Virus record (IMG/VR): IMGVR_UViG_3300028625_000001
Location: 1 to 64,000 of that record
Strand: one strand, 5' to 3'
DNA: 64,000 nucleotides
Origin: a virus
How positions within the stretch are numbered: position 1 is the stretch's first letter; every line of letters begins with the position of its first letter. The notes beneath the pieces are model-generated. The model ran no database searches, had not been told where the DNA came from, and saw only the letters and a list, made by a program, of their open reading frames with translations. Position numbers and translations under genes: made by a program. This document shows, in pieces, positions 1 to 7,434 of the stretch.

Positions 1-117
1 GTTTAGAATTATCTTCTTATCGCTATACCTTACAATCGGTGTACTGTATAGGACCACTACAGTTTCACCGTTCAAATATGTTACGGTAGTGGCTTTCTTT
101 CTCTTTAATGCGACCAT
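1..117 (-). CDS. hypothetical protein, N-terminal 39 aa only (gene runs off window start)
   Basis: Minus-strand ATG at 117. GGAGG (rc of 126-130) lies 8 nt upstream. Frame stays open to position 1. Absent from the ORF track because it is truncated. Confidence 0.4.
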   Translation of the reverse strand, partial: MVALKRKKATTVTYLNGETVVVLYSTPIVRYSDKKIILN

Positions 118-136
118 TGTTCTAACCTCCTTTGTA

Positions 137-159
137 GGCCCCGGCGTTATGCCGGGACC
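137..159. repeat. GC-rich hairpin repeat, copy 1 (GGCCCCGGC-GTTAT-GCCGGGACC)
   Basis: 23-nt sequence identical to 357-379. Sits between the stop of minus ORF 164-340 and the RBS of minus ORF 1-117. Confidence 0.8.
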
Positions 160-163
160 GTGC

Positions 164-340
164 TCAGACCGTATACGTGTACGGTCTGTTTATGTTTGTG
201 TTCCAGAAGTTCAGATCAATGTTTGGCAGGTATGGCGACGTAAGTCGCCACCCAATGTATACCAGTGCTGTGTTCTGTTTTAGTATTCTCTCTCTGATTT
301 CTTTTGCTTTGCTGTATGTTTCTTTCAACCTTTTGTTCAT
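164..340 (-). CDS. hypothetical protein (58 aa)
   Basis: ORF track 164..355 trimmed to the internal ATG at 340, which follows GAGGAGGG (rc) with 6-nt spacing. Confidence 0.5.
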   Translation of the reverse strand: MNKRLKETYSKAKEIRERILKQNTALVYIGWRLTSPYLPNIDLNFWNTNINRPYTYTV

Positions 341-356
341 GTTATCCCTCCTCAAA

Positions 357-379
357 GGCCCCGGCGTTATGCCGGGACC
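357..379. repeat. GC-rich hairpin repeat, copy 2
   Basis: Identical to 137-159. Lies 3 nt after the stop of minus ORF 383-661 and just before the RBS of ORF 164-340. Confidence 0.8.
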
Positions 380-382
380 GTC

Positions 383-661
383 CTATACGTCGTTGCAGTA
401 TTTATCAAGATTCTCTTCGTTCATCACCAGAAGATCGCCACACTCGTTCCAGACGAGATAATATCCCTCTGGCAGATTAGCTTGAAGTTCTCCCTCATCA
501 AACTCGAACCCGTCAAGGTTCGGTCTCTTCAGAGGTTTCCTGCCGATCAATTCCCTAATCATGTTCTGTCTTTCGAGGATTGACCGGTTGTTATCAACAA
601 GGACTCCAAACCCGCCGTTCTTGTCGACCTCATCAATCAAAACCTTAATCTTTCTCTTCAT
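383..661 (-). CDS. hypothetical protein (92 aa)
   Basis: ORF track 383..709 trimmed to ATG at 661 (MKRKIKVL...), preceded by AAGGGAGGT (rc). Confidence 0.6.
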   Translation of the reverse strand: MKRKIKVLIDEVDKNGGFGVLVDNNRSILERQNMIRELIGRKPLKRPNLDGFEFDEGELQANLPEGYYLVWNECGDLLVMNEENLDKYCNDV

Positions 662-694
662 TTTTTGACCTCCCTTATTTAGTTGTCTCTTCCC

Positions 695-736
695 TTGCTC
701 AATACTCAACTATCATATTTCATAGTGCTTTGTCAA
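695..736 (-). promoter_or_regulatory. candidate leftward promoter A
   Basis: On the minus strand: TTGACA (rc of 731-736), 18 nt, then TAGTTG. The downstream box TAGTTGAGTATTGAGCAA is shared with 854-895. Upstream of ORF 383-661. Confidence 0.35.
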
Positions 737-824
737 GTGGTAGTTATGTAACAGTTTAATGAACGTGGTGACTATCGGTGTTCTGGAATAAAAACCTGAA
801 TCGGTGTTCTTTGTGTGTTCTATA

Positions 825-926
825 GACGGCTGACTTGGTTGTGTTCTATCTCGTTGCTTCAATACACAACTAACATGGTATTGAAGACTTGTCAAGTTAC
901 GGGTTGGTAACGTGTTTGTGTTCTAT
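825..926. repeat. GTGTTCTAT motif x3 (825-833, 841-849, 918-926)
   Basis: Exact 9-mer occurs three times here. GTGTTCTATAG recurs at 3213-3223. GTGTTCT cores also at about 776, 803 and 3729. Confidence 0.7.
854..895 (-). promoter_or_regulatory. candidate leftward promoter B
   Basis: On the minus strand: TTGACA (rc of 890-895), 17 nt, then TAGTTG followed by TGTATTGAAGCAA. Paralogous to 695-736. Confidence 0.3.
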
Positions 927-1163
927 CAATGAACCATATCCCACGTAAATAGATGATAGAATTTTTCGCGCGTGGGAGAGACTACCCGGTCCGATTGGTC
1001 AAACACCGATCGAACAACCCATGACGCAACAAAAAATGGTACGAACGTACCACCGGGTAACGATATATATTCTCGAACAATATACAACTAACCCGAAAAA
1101 CATCATAAGTCAATAGGTATACATAAGTGTATTTTAAGTAAGTCAATTGACCGAATATAAGAC

Positions 1164-1192
1164 TTGACAATCTGATAGCGCGATGATAGACT
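1164..1192 (+). promoter_or_regulatory. sigma70-type promoter
   Basis: TTGACA (1164-1169), 17 nt, TAGACT (1187-1192). Confidence 0.45.
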
Positions 1193-1496
1193 TGACTGAC
1201 TTTGTGAAAAAATACAACCGAATACCATTTTCAAACGACCGACTGTCAGCTATAATCAGCCATGCAAGCCGTACATAAACGAAAACGTCCATAACGCGCT
1301 TTCACAAAGGCAACGATATGATTATACATCGAACCCAAAAAACATTCAACGTCGATCATTCTGACACGTCTATTCTAAAACACGCATTATAAGCCGATTA
1401 TAACCATGGTCAAATGACTGAAAACGAACTCGCGGCGTGACGCGTGCGACCGGCCGAATAACCCATGTAACGATAGAAAAGTTTACAAAAAACCAT

Positions 1497-1526
1497 TTGA
1501 CAAAGCTAATTCAAACGTGATAGAAT
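1497..1526 (+). promoter_or_regulatory. sigma70-type promoter (extended -10)
   Basis: TTGACA (1497-1502), 18 nt, TGaTAGAAT (-10 at 1521-1526). About 90 nt upstream of ORF 1619. Confidence 0.55.
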
Positions 1527-1618
1527 AGAAGCGTAGCGACGAAGACAAGAAGCATTCAAGGCCACCATTCATTCAGTCGATCGACTTATTAGATAGTCGG
1601 TCGGAAAGGAGAAGAAAA

Positions 1619-1864
1619 GTGATAATCGGAAGAGAAGAACTAGAGTACGCAAGAACGGAAGCCGCGCGCGACCCGCGCGAGTATTACGTCTATTCCCCCG
1701 AGACAGACATGTATAGCAGGACCAGCAACCCAGCAGAAACCGACCAGGTCATTTTTGACCCATACCAAATTTTAGATGTGTGTAAACACCTGACCATCGA
1801 AGAAGAGAACGAAATATTACAGGCAGCAGCATTGCTTAAGATCTTGAAAGAGATCTCGCAGTGA
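1619..1864 (+). CDS. hypothetical protein (81 aa)
   Basis: GTG start after GGAAAGGAGAAG. First gene of a rightward operon. Confidence 0.55.
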   Translation: MIIGREELEYARTEAARDPREYYVYSPETDMYSRTSNPAETDQVIFDPYQILDVCKHLTIEEENEILQAAALLKILKEISQ

Positions 1865-1878
1865 GAGGAGGAGAGAAC

Positions 1879-2055
1879 ATGAAGATAACCATCATCGGTG
1901 GAAGGAAGACCTACGGACGGCATGGCAACGCTTTGCGCCTTGCCATCGCCGAAGCCGCCTACCGCCACCAGAACACCATTCTTCATTTCGCCCTAAGGAC
2001 CGACCAACCGATAACCGACATGCCAGCCTATAGCCTTTGGCATGGCTGGCATTGA
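1879..2055 (+). CDS. hypothetical protein (58 aa)
   Basis: ORF 1861..2055 trimmed to ATG 1879 (MKITIIGG...), preceded by GAGGAGGAGAG. Confidence 0.5.
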   Translation: MKITIIGGRKTYGRHGNALRLAIAEAAYRHQNTILHFALRTDQPITDMPAYSLWHGWH

Positions 2056-2067
2056 TAGGAGGATAAC

Positions 2068-2595
2068 ATGACTAGAGCAGGAAGAGAAGAACGGGAACTG
2101 CTAGAAACCCGGAGGATCGAGAACCGGGAAGAGAGAGAGAAACGGATACGACGGGAGCTTATCCGAGGATACTGGAACTCTTATAACAACGGAGATCCCA
2201 TAGGCGCGAGTCAGCGCCTTGGGAACGCGTTGGAAGAGTGGATATCGAAACTGACCAAGCCGTCAAGCGTTTTTTCGTGGCTCATGGACCAAGTGAGAGT
2301 GAACGGAGAAATATCGTTCGTCAGCAGCGACCCGGCTGACGTGATATATGCCGGGAGCTTCCATCTTTTGGGAGAGTCCGGAGGAAACCTCCCAGAAGAG
2401 ATGGTGCCTTATGTCTATCGTTGGAGCACCGGTCCCGCGGCCAATCTACCAGGTTTGATTTTACGCAAGCTCCAAGAGTACACCCCGACCGATATCATCT
2501 TCCAGTCCGTCAATCAACCGAACCGCAAGAGGTTCGGATATGTCTTAAAGACCAAGCGCCCGAGCGCGCAAGTCTTCAAGACCACTAAACCGTAA
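2068..2595 (+). CDS. hypothetical protein (175 aa, Arg/Glu-rich N-terminus)
   Basis: ATG after TAGGAGGA. Followed by a strong terminator. Confidence 0.6.
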   Translation: MTRAGREERELLETRRIENREEREKRIRRELIRGYWNSYNNGDPIGASQRLGNALEEWISKLTKPSSVFSWLMDQVRVNGEISFVSSDPADVIYAGSFHLLGESGGNLPEEMVPYVYRWSTGPAANLPGLILRKLQEYTPTDIIFQSVNQPNRKRFGYVLKTKRPSAQVFKTTKP

Positions 2596-2610
2596 CGCCC
2601 CCCGCACGAA

Positions 2611-2635
2611 GGCGCCGCAAGGCGCCTTTTTTTTT
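2611..2635 (+). terminator. rho-independent terminator
   Basis: GGCGCC-GCAA-GGCGCC hairpin followed by T9. Confidence 0.85.
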
Positions 2636-2768
2636 ATCATCACGAACCAGGAAACGCCCCCCGTTCGACCACTTCATCAAAACTTTCCGCGCGCCAAACA
2701 CCCGGAGCCCCCTTTCACCAAACCAAACCCAACCAATCCGAAAGAGAACCAGACCAGAAGAACCAAAA

Positions 2769-2842
2769 GACCAATAGACAGAAAACAGAAGACCACAGGA
2801 CATGACCAATAGACCACAGACCGTTGACAAGGGACAATAGAC
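2769..2842. repeat. GACCAATAGAC-type direct repeats x3
   Basis: Copies at 2769-2779, 2804-2814 and 2833-2842 (the last lacks one C). Embedded in an A/C-rich, T-poor stretch. Confidence 0.7.
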
Positions 2843-3008
2843 GAAGGGGACCGTTTCATGCCCACAAAAAACGCCTCAAAGCCGCATCAGCAGCCGGATT
2901 TGTTCGTTGCCGCGTGACGGCGCCGTACACAATGCGATACCGCTATACCCATTTATTCGTTTCAGGCAAAAACCACGCGTACTTTCTATGAAGATCCCCC
3001 TCTCACAC

Positions 3009-3113
3009 ACAGTCGGTCCGTCACGCAGTCAGTCGGTCAAACAGTCTGTCGGGCATGTAGTCAACCATACGGTCAATCATATAGTCGGTCGGTGTCGGTC
3101 ATACAGTTGGTCA
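3009..3113. repeat. AGTCGGTC-type short repeats (at least 6 copies)
   Basis: AGTCGGTC at 3011 and 3031, and a double copy at 3083-3100. Degenerate copies AGTCTGTC and AGTTGGTC. ATAGTCGGTCGG also occurs near 1593. Confidence 0.65.
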
Positions 3114-3516
3114 GGAACGTTTTTTATACAGTCTTGTTCTATTGTCTATATAAACTGTCTATGTATGCGGGGGAGAGTTGAATTTACTGGCTGGTTAAAG
3201 ATATGGTTAGGTGTGTTCTATAGGGTGTTTTTGGTTAGGGGGGTATTGGAGTTAGCCTCGCGGATTCTGCCCGCGGAAATTTTTGACTAACCATGCGGGT
3301 TCTAGCAGGGGCGGTCTATTATCATACCCCTGGCAAGTATGCGGCAAAACAGAGTCAAGCTAGGTTTTGACGTAGGTCTAGATAGCCTTTTAAGCCAATC
3401 ATAGTAAAATTGCCACTTCTTACGGACACGGTGGCAAAATCTCTCCTTTTTACTGTAACCGGCTTATATAGCCAAAACTTACAAAAGTCCCCCTTTTCTA
3501 CCATTGAGAAAAGCCG

Positions 3517-3612
3517 AATTTCACAAAGTTTTCGTTTTTTAAATATCGGCTTTTTATGCGGTTCTCCTAAGATTTTTTCCTAGACAGAGTGTCATTTTAA
3601 ATTTCACAAAGT
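3517..3612. repeat. AATTTCACAAAGT direct repeat x2
   Basis: Exact 13-mer at 3517-3529 and 3600-3612. Core TTTCACAAAG also at 1300-1309 (+) and 1200-1209 (rc). Confidence 0.75.
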
Positions 3613-3714
3613 CGGGTCAATTCGAGAATTTTTCGACTTATTTCATGGCTATATTTGACGTAAATACATAGACTTATTGATATATAAGGCTTGCATCAAT
3701 TTGGAGCATATCGC

Positions 3715-3743
3715 TTGACAAAAGACAAGTGTTCTGATACTAT
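3715..3743 (+). promoter_or_regulatory. sigma70-type promoter
   Basis: TTGACA, 17 nt, TACTAT. About 95 nt upstream of the methyltransferase gene. The spacer contains GTGTTCT. Confidence 0.55.
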
Positions 3744-3837
3744 CTAGTTGTGGTTATGAAAGAGGTTGGTCTTTGACATATTAATAGGCAAGAGATACTT
3801 ATATTTAAGGCTGAAGTGAGAAAGGAGAAAAGGACAA

Positions 3838-4809
3838 TTGGAAGTAGATAGAATCATACATGGCGACTGCCTTGAGGTATTGAAGACATTAGACGGAAAC
3901 AGCATAGATTGCTGTGTCACTTCACCCCCTTATTGGGGTTTGAGAGATTACGGAGTAGAGGGACAATTAGGACTCGAGAACACACCGGAAGAATACATAG
4001 AGAAACTTGTCTCTGTCTTTCGTGAAGTAAAACGAGTGTTGAAAAGAGAAGGAACACTTTGGTTAAATCTTGGAGATAGTTATAGTGGCAGTATGAAAGG
4101 TATTGGCAGCGATGGAACTGCCTATGCTGGTAAAAAGCAAGTGACAAATCGTGGGAGCGTAGGGATATATCACGAAAAACCACCATCTACCAATGCTATT
4201 GGGTTAAAACCCAAAAACCTTATAGGGATTCCCTGGCATGTGGCCTTTGCCTTGCAAGCTGACGGCTGGTATCTGCGTTCAGATATAATATGGCACAAGC
4301 CTAATCCCATGCCTGAATCCGTTAGAGACAGACCAACAAAGGCTCATGAATATATATTTCTGATGAGCAAATCTTCTAGATACTATTATGACCAAGATTC
4401 CGTTAGAGAGAAGTATATCGAGCCTATCAATCGGTGGGGAGGCCAACACATACGTAATGTAAAAAACAAAAGCTCTTGGGATGAAGCCACAGGGCAATTA
4501 ACGTATCGTCAACGAAATATGAGACCAAACTCAAAAGGCAGAAACAAACGCACTGTTTGGACTGTATCAACAAAACCTTTTAGAGAAGCTCACTTTGCAA
4601 CGTTCCCGCCAGACTTAATTAAGCCTTGCATACTTGCTGGATGTCCCTCTGGCGGACTTGTGCTTGATCCATTTTTCGGTGCAGGAACAACAGGCTTGGT
4701 AGCTATGAAAGCTGGCAGACATTTCATTGGCATTGAACTGAACGAAGAATATATAGAAATTGCTAAAAAGAGACTGAATGTGGAACAAATGCAACTTGGC
4801 ATGAATTAA
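3838..4809 (+). CDS. DNA methyltransferase, beta-class N6-adenine/N4-cytosine (orphan)
   Basis: DCCVTSPPYWGLRDYG (SPPY catalytic motif) near the N-terminus and LDPFFGAGTTG (AdoMet motif) near the C-terminus. TTG start after AAGGAGAA. No adjacent restriction endonuclease ORF. Confidence 0.8.
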   Translation: MEVDRIIHGDCLEVLKTLDGNSIDCCVTSPPYWGLRDYGVEGQLGLENTPEEYIEKLVSVFREVKRVLKREGTLWLNLGDSYSGSMKGIGSDGTAYAGKKQVTNRGSVGIYHEKPPSTNAIGLKPKNLIGIPWHVAFALQADGWYLRSDIIWHKPNPMPESVRDRPTKAHEYIFLMSKSSRYYYDQDSVREKYIEPINRWGGQHIRNVKNKSSWDEATGQLTYRQRNMRPNSKGRNKRTVWTVSTKPFREAHFATFPPDLIKPCILAGCPSGGLVLDPFFGAGTTGLVAMKAGRHFIGIELNEEYIEIAKKRLNVEQMQLGMN

Positions 4810-4824
4810 TAGGAGGCTCTTTGT

Positions 4825-5262
4825 ATGGATATGTATGAACGGATAGGTTGCCCCGGGAAGCCGCCCGTCGGGGCAATGCGACAGGAAATATACGAAGACA
4901 GAGGCAATTGGGAGGCAAAGAAGATAGGCGACTGGATGCTGAGTAATGGTGAAATCTATCTTCATAAGGTTTTCATTAACTTTTATAAGCCGGTAGAGAA
5001 GAATGTCCCGCGGTTTATGCCCGGCGACAAGGTCTACTTCAAAAAAACTGCTCGTGTAGGCCATTTTATGCCATTCATAGTTCAAGATGTCGTTATTGAT
5101 GGTTCTGACGTGCTTTATTTCCTTCATTTCTCAGGGACTATTACACAAGACCAGTTCGTCTCTGAGCGAGAAGCTTATTTGCTGTATGAGCAACACCTTC
5201 AAAACACTTTACAGGAAGTAAGAGAAAAACTGAAGGGCTTTGAGAAGGAGGTTGGTAGATGA
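4825..5262 (+). CDS. hypothetical protein (145 aa)
   Basis: ATG 8 nt after AGGAGG. Confidence 0.6.
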   Translation: MDMYERIGCPGKPPVGAMRQEIYEDRGNWEAKKIGDWMLSNGEIYLHKVFINFYKPVEKNVPRFMPGDKVYFKKTARVGHFMPFIVQDVVIDGSDVLYFLHFSGTITQDQFVSEREAYLLYEQHLQNTLQEVREKLKGFEKEVGR

Positions 5263-5636
5263 TAAAGGTTAAGGTCGAAAAGGTTTGGGAAGGCGAAAAG
5301 AAGAAAGTGAAACTGATTGGATTCAAAGGTTTGGGTTCGCATTCTTTGCCGAGAGAGTATATGACAACACAACCCAAAGACGGGAAATGGGAAGCTTGTG
5401 TGGTTGTTAACGAAAGACACTGCCTGATTAGGCCAGCTCATGAAGACATTGAAAAATGGGCGACTGTTTTTGGATTGGTGTTTGGGACTTGGTATAAATT
5501 CGTACCCAACAACTGTCTGACTCTCCAACAATGGGATTTGGTTAGAGAAACAATCTCGAAAGCGGGGAATAGACTTAAACGCATCAACGACAAAATACGT
5601 AAAGAATGGTCTGGAACGAAGGTCTATAAGTGGTGA
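5259..5636 (+). CDS. hypothetical protein (125 aa)
   Basis: ATGA overlap with the upstream stop. RBS GAAGGAGG. Confidence 0.6.
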   Translation: MIKVKVEKVWEGEKKKVKLIGFKGLGSHSLPREYMTTQPKDGKWEACVVVNERHCLIRPAHEDIEKWATVFGLVFGTWYKFVPNNCLTLQQWDLVRETISKAGNRLKRINDKIRKEWSGTKVYKW

Positions 5637-5645
5637 GGTGAGTTC

Positions 5646-6161
5646 ATGTTCATAAAGAAAACTAAAGACGGACTCAGACAAGCAACTGAAGAAGAGGTTA
5701 AGGCTGCTTTCGCCGATCGATGTATGATGGGTAAACCCATCGAGTGGGCTGTGATGGCGGACATAATGAAGAAAGGTCCCGGTTGGTATTCGGGTAGAGA
5801 TGGGACAGAATACGCCTGGTGTGAAGAGGTCGAAAGCCCGGAGAGCAATAAGTTGTTCGTCGGGATATTGACCAAAGAGACAAAGGAACTTGTGGTTGTT
5901 GGCGGGCAGACCCCAGCGCAAGCCTACCATCACATCTTACAGGGGAAATTCCTAGCCTCTCATCCGCAAGCCACCGAGACGACAAAAGTCGAAATACTCG
6001 ACGAAGAGTTCAAGACCATTAACCATGCTATATGGGAAGCCCAGGGACTGATATCGAATCCCAATTCTTGGAGCCATAAAAGACTTGCAAAAATTCCAAG
6101 GTTGGTAGCCCATACTGAGACAGCCAGGCCAGATAAACAAGAGGAGGTTGAACAATGCTAA
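5646..6161 (+). CDS. hypothetical protein (171 aa)
   Basis: ATG after GAGGTGAG. Confidence 0.6.
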   Translation: MFIKKTKDGLRQATEEEVKAAFADRCMMGKPIEWAVMADIMKKGPGWYSGRDGTEYAWCEEVESPESNKLFVGILTKETKELVVVGGQTPAQAYHHILQGKFLASHPQATETTKVEILDEEFKTINHAIWEAQGLISNPNSWSHKRLAKIPRLVAHTETARPDKQEEVEQC

Positions 6162-6271
6162 TAGCGTTTCTAATCCTGTTAGGTATAGTCGGTTATTCGG
6201 TTTTTTGGTTATCCGGGACAATTAGCCAGGAAGAAGAAAAGCAAATAAAAAAGGAGGCGGCGAATGACTAG
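6155..6271 (+). CDS. small membrane protein (38 aa)
   Basis: ATG overlaps the stop of the upstream gene. RBS GAGGAGG at 6141. MLIAFLILLGIVGYSVFWL is a single TM helix. Below the ORF-track length cutoff. Confidence 0.4.
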   Translation: MLIAFLILLGIVGYSVFWLSGTISQEEEKQIKKEAAND

Positions 6272-6575
6272 AGTTCTAAAAGGTGTAGTCCTGGTTCTGT
6301 TAGTAGCAACGATAATTATTCTTATAGCATCGATAATCTCTATGGCGTTCTTCGGCATAATGAGTCATTATCATAAAGTCAATAATCCTGCCCTTTTAGC
6401 CTTCTTAGATTATGAGGTCGGGGAAATGTCCCCGCCGCTGACGGCTTTGATTGCTCAACATGCAGCTTATGAGTTTTGGGAACTATTCAGTTTAGCAGTT
6501 ACACTTATTTCTTTTGTCGCTCTTGGAGTCTTTGCTTATATCGGCAGTGTGACGGATGCTTTCGAGGAGTATTAA
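6264..6575 (+). CDS. membrane protein (103 aa, 3 predicted TM segments)
   Basis: RBS AAGGAGG. Hydrophobic stretches VLVLLVATIIILIASIISMAFFGI and LAVTLISFVALGVFAYI. Confidence 0.6.
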   Translation: MTRVLKGVVLVLLVATIIILIASIISMAFFGIMSHYHKVNNPALLAFLDYEVGEMSPPLTALIAQHAAYEFWELFSLAVTLISFVALGVFAYIGSVTDAFEEY

Positions 6576-6814
6576 TGAAAAAGACGTGGGTACATATAAG
6601 AAGGTCTCCTTACAAAGAAGCCATGTATATTAATGGTAATAAAGCCTTAGAAGATGATGTATATCTCGATGCTATTGATTTGACACGAAAGATAGCGTCT
6701 ATTGGCGAGGGAATATCGCTTGAAGTAACCTTCGATGAAGTATCAGTAGAGCCCGGAACTGAAGCTGCCCCCTTTCCCACGAAGATAACCCGTGCCGACA
6801 TCCTTGATTATTAG
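6575..6814 (+). CDS. hypothetical protein (79 aa), paralog of 42210-42476
   Basis: ORF 6476..6814 trimmed to ATG 6575 after GAGGAG. MKKTWVHIRRSPYKEAMYINGNK aligns with KTLWVHVRSSGSYQALYINGIK of 42210. Confidence 0.6.
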   Translation: MKKTWVHIRRSPYKEAMYINGNKALEDDVYLDAIDLTRKIASIGEGISLEVTFDEVSVEPGTEAAPFPTKITRADILDY

Positions 6815-6845
6815 GAGGTCCATCCTTGAAAAAACTAAGAAGGAA

Positions 6846-7137
6846 AAACGATGAGACTTCAAGTCAACGACCCCCGGCTGAAGCCGGGAGCTTGTAGCTC
6901 AGGTTGACTAGCCTGAGTGCTTCGGACACTACGTTACCGACAAATGTATAGGCACCATAGGATGCGTTCCCAAGTCTTATGCTCTGCGGTTAGTGGTTAA
7001 ACAGTCCTGATGGGTAGGGACAGTACTGCTAACGAGAAACTGTCGGATAACATTGGCGATGGGAGAATTACTCCGTAAGGAGGTAGGCTATAGATTAGCC
7101 TACACGGAGCTGGAGAGATCCAGCTCCTTACCACTAT
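6846..7137 (+). ncRNA. IscB-type omega-RNA (HEARO-like), ORF-less copy; putative guide 6846-6861
   Basis: From 6862, AGTCAACGACCCcCGGCTgAAGCCGGGAGCTTGTAGCTC... is about 85% identical over about 95 nt to the leader of iscB (40656 onward). Further shared blocks: CTGCGGTnAnTGnTTAAACAG and GATAACATTGGCGA. Confidence 0.65.
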
Positions 7138-7197
7138 GTGAAAGGAGGCAGGCGGCTTCCTCCCCACAGCTAAAGCAGGGGTTCTCCGCCGATTAAT
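6862..7197 (+). mobile_element. miniature (iscB-deleted) IS200/IS605-like OMEGA element: left end/omega-RNA plus right end
   Basis: The left part matches 40656-40890. The last 60 nt (7138-7197, GTGAAAGGAGG...GCTAAAGCA...) match the 60 nt after the iscB stop (42148-42207), with covarying hairpin stems. Confidence 0.6.
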
Positions 7198-7200
7198 ACG

Positions 7201-7434
7201 ATGAATCTAACCCTTTGGAACGCGTTGAACATAGAGACAGAACCTGACATATTAGTCAATCTTGAGGTGACTAGCTACAAAGGATCGGTCGGGTTTATGC
7301 CGGTGTTCGAAACGAAAGAGGCGATAGAAACTTATCTAAAGTCGGTTAATGCCCCAATCGACAATTATCATGAGGTGGCAGTCCCGACTGCCGCGTTTAT
7401 AAAAGAAGAGGAGGTTGATAAAACAAATGAGTAA
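7201..7434 (+). CDS. hypothetical protein (77 aa)
   Basis: ORF track entry. Its ATG directly abuts the mini-element right end. Confidence 0.5.
   Translation: MNLTLWNALNIETEPDILVNLEVTSYKGSVGFMPVFETKEAIETYLKSVNAPIDNYHEVAVPTAAFIKEEEVDKTNE

Noticed and set aside
89-461. Plus-strand ORFs 89..283 and 177..461
   Set aside because: They have no RBS and span the two GC hairpins. They lie antisense to three minus-strand ORFs, each of which has a strong GGAGG RBS. Their translations are low-complexity.
713-1170. Minus-strand ORFs 713..895 and 982..1170
   Set aside because: They lie in the promoter/repeat-rich non-coding hub and have no RBS. Their composition is unlike neighbouring genes.
2585-3290. 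ORFs 2585..2830(-), 2677..2865(-) and 2907..3290(+)
   Set aside because: Their translations are dominated by the short DNA repeats (FGLV..., VGHVVNHTVNHIVG...). They overlap each other and lack an RBS. I interpret the region as non-coding iteron DNA.
4615-5933. Long antisense ORFs 4615..5127(-) and 5199..5933(-, 244 aa)
   Set aside because: They are completely overlapped by tightly coupled plus-strand genes with good RBSs. They have no RBS or promoter of their own. They look like typical shadow ORFs.
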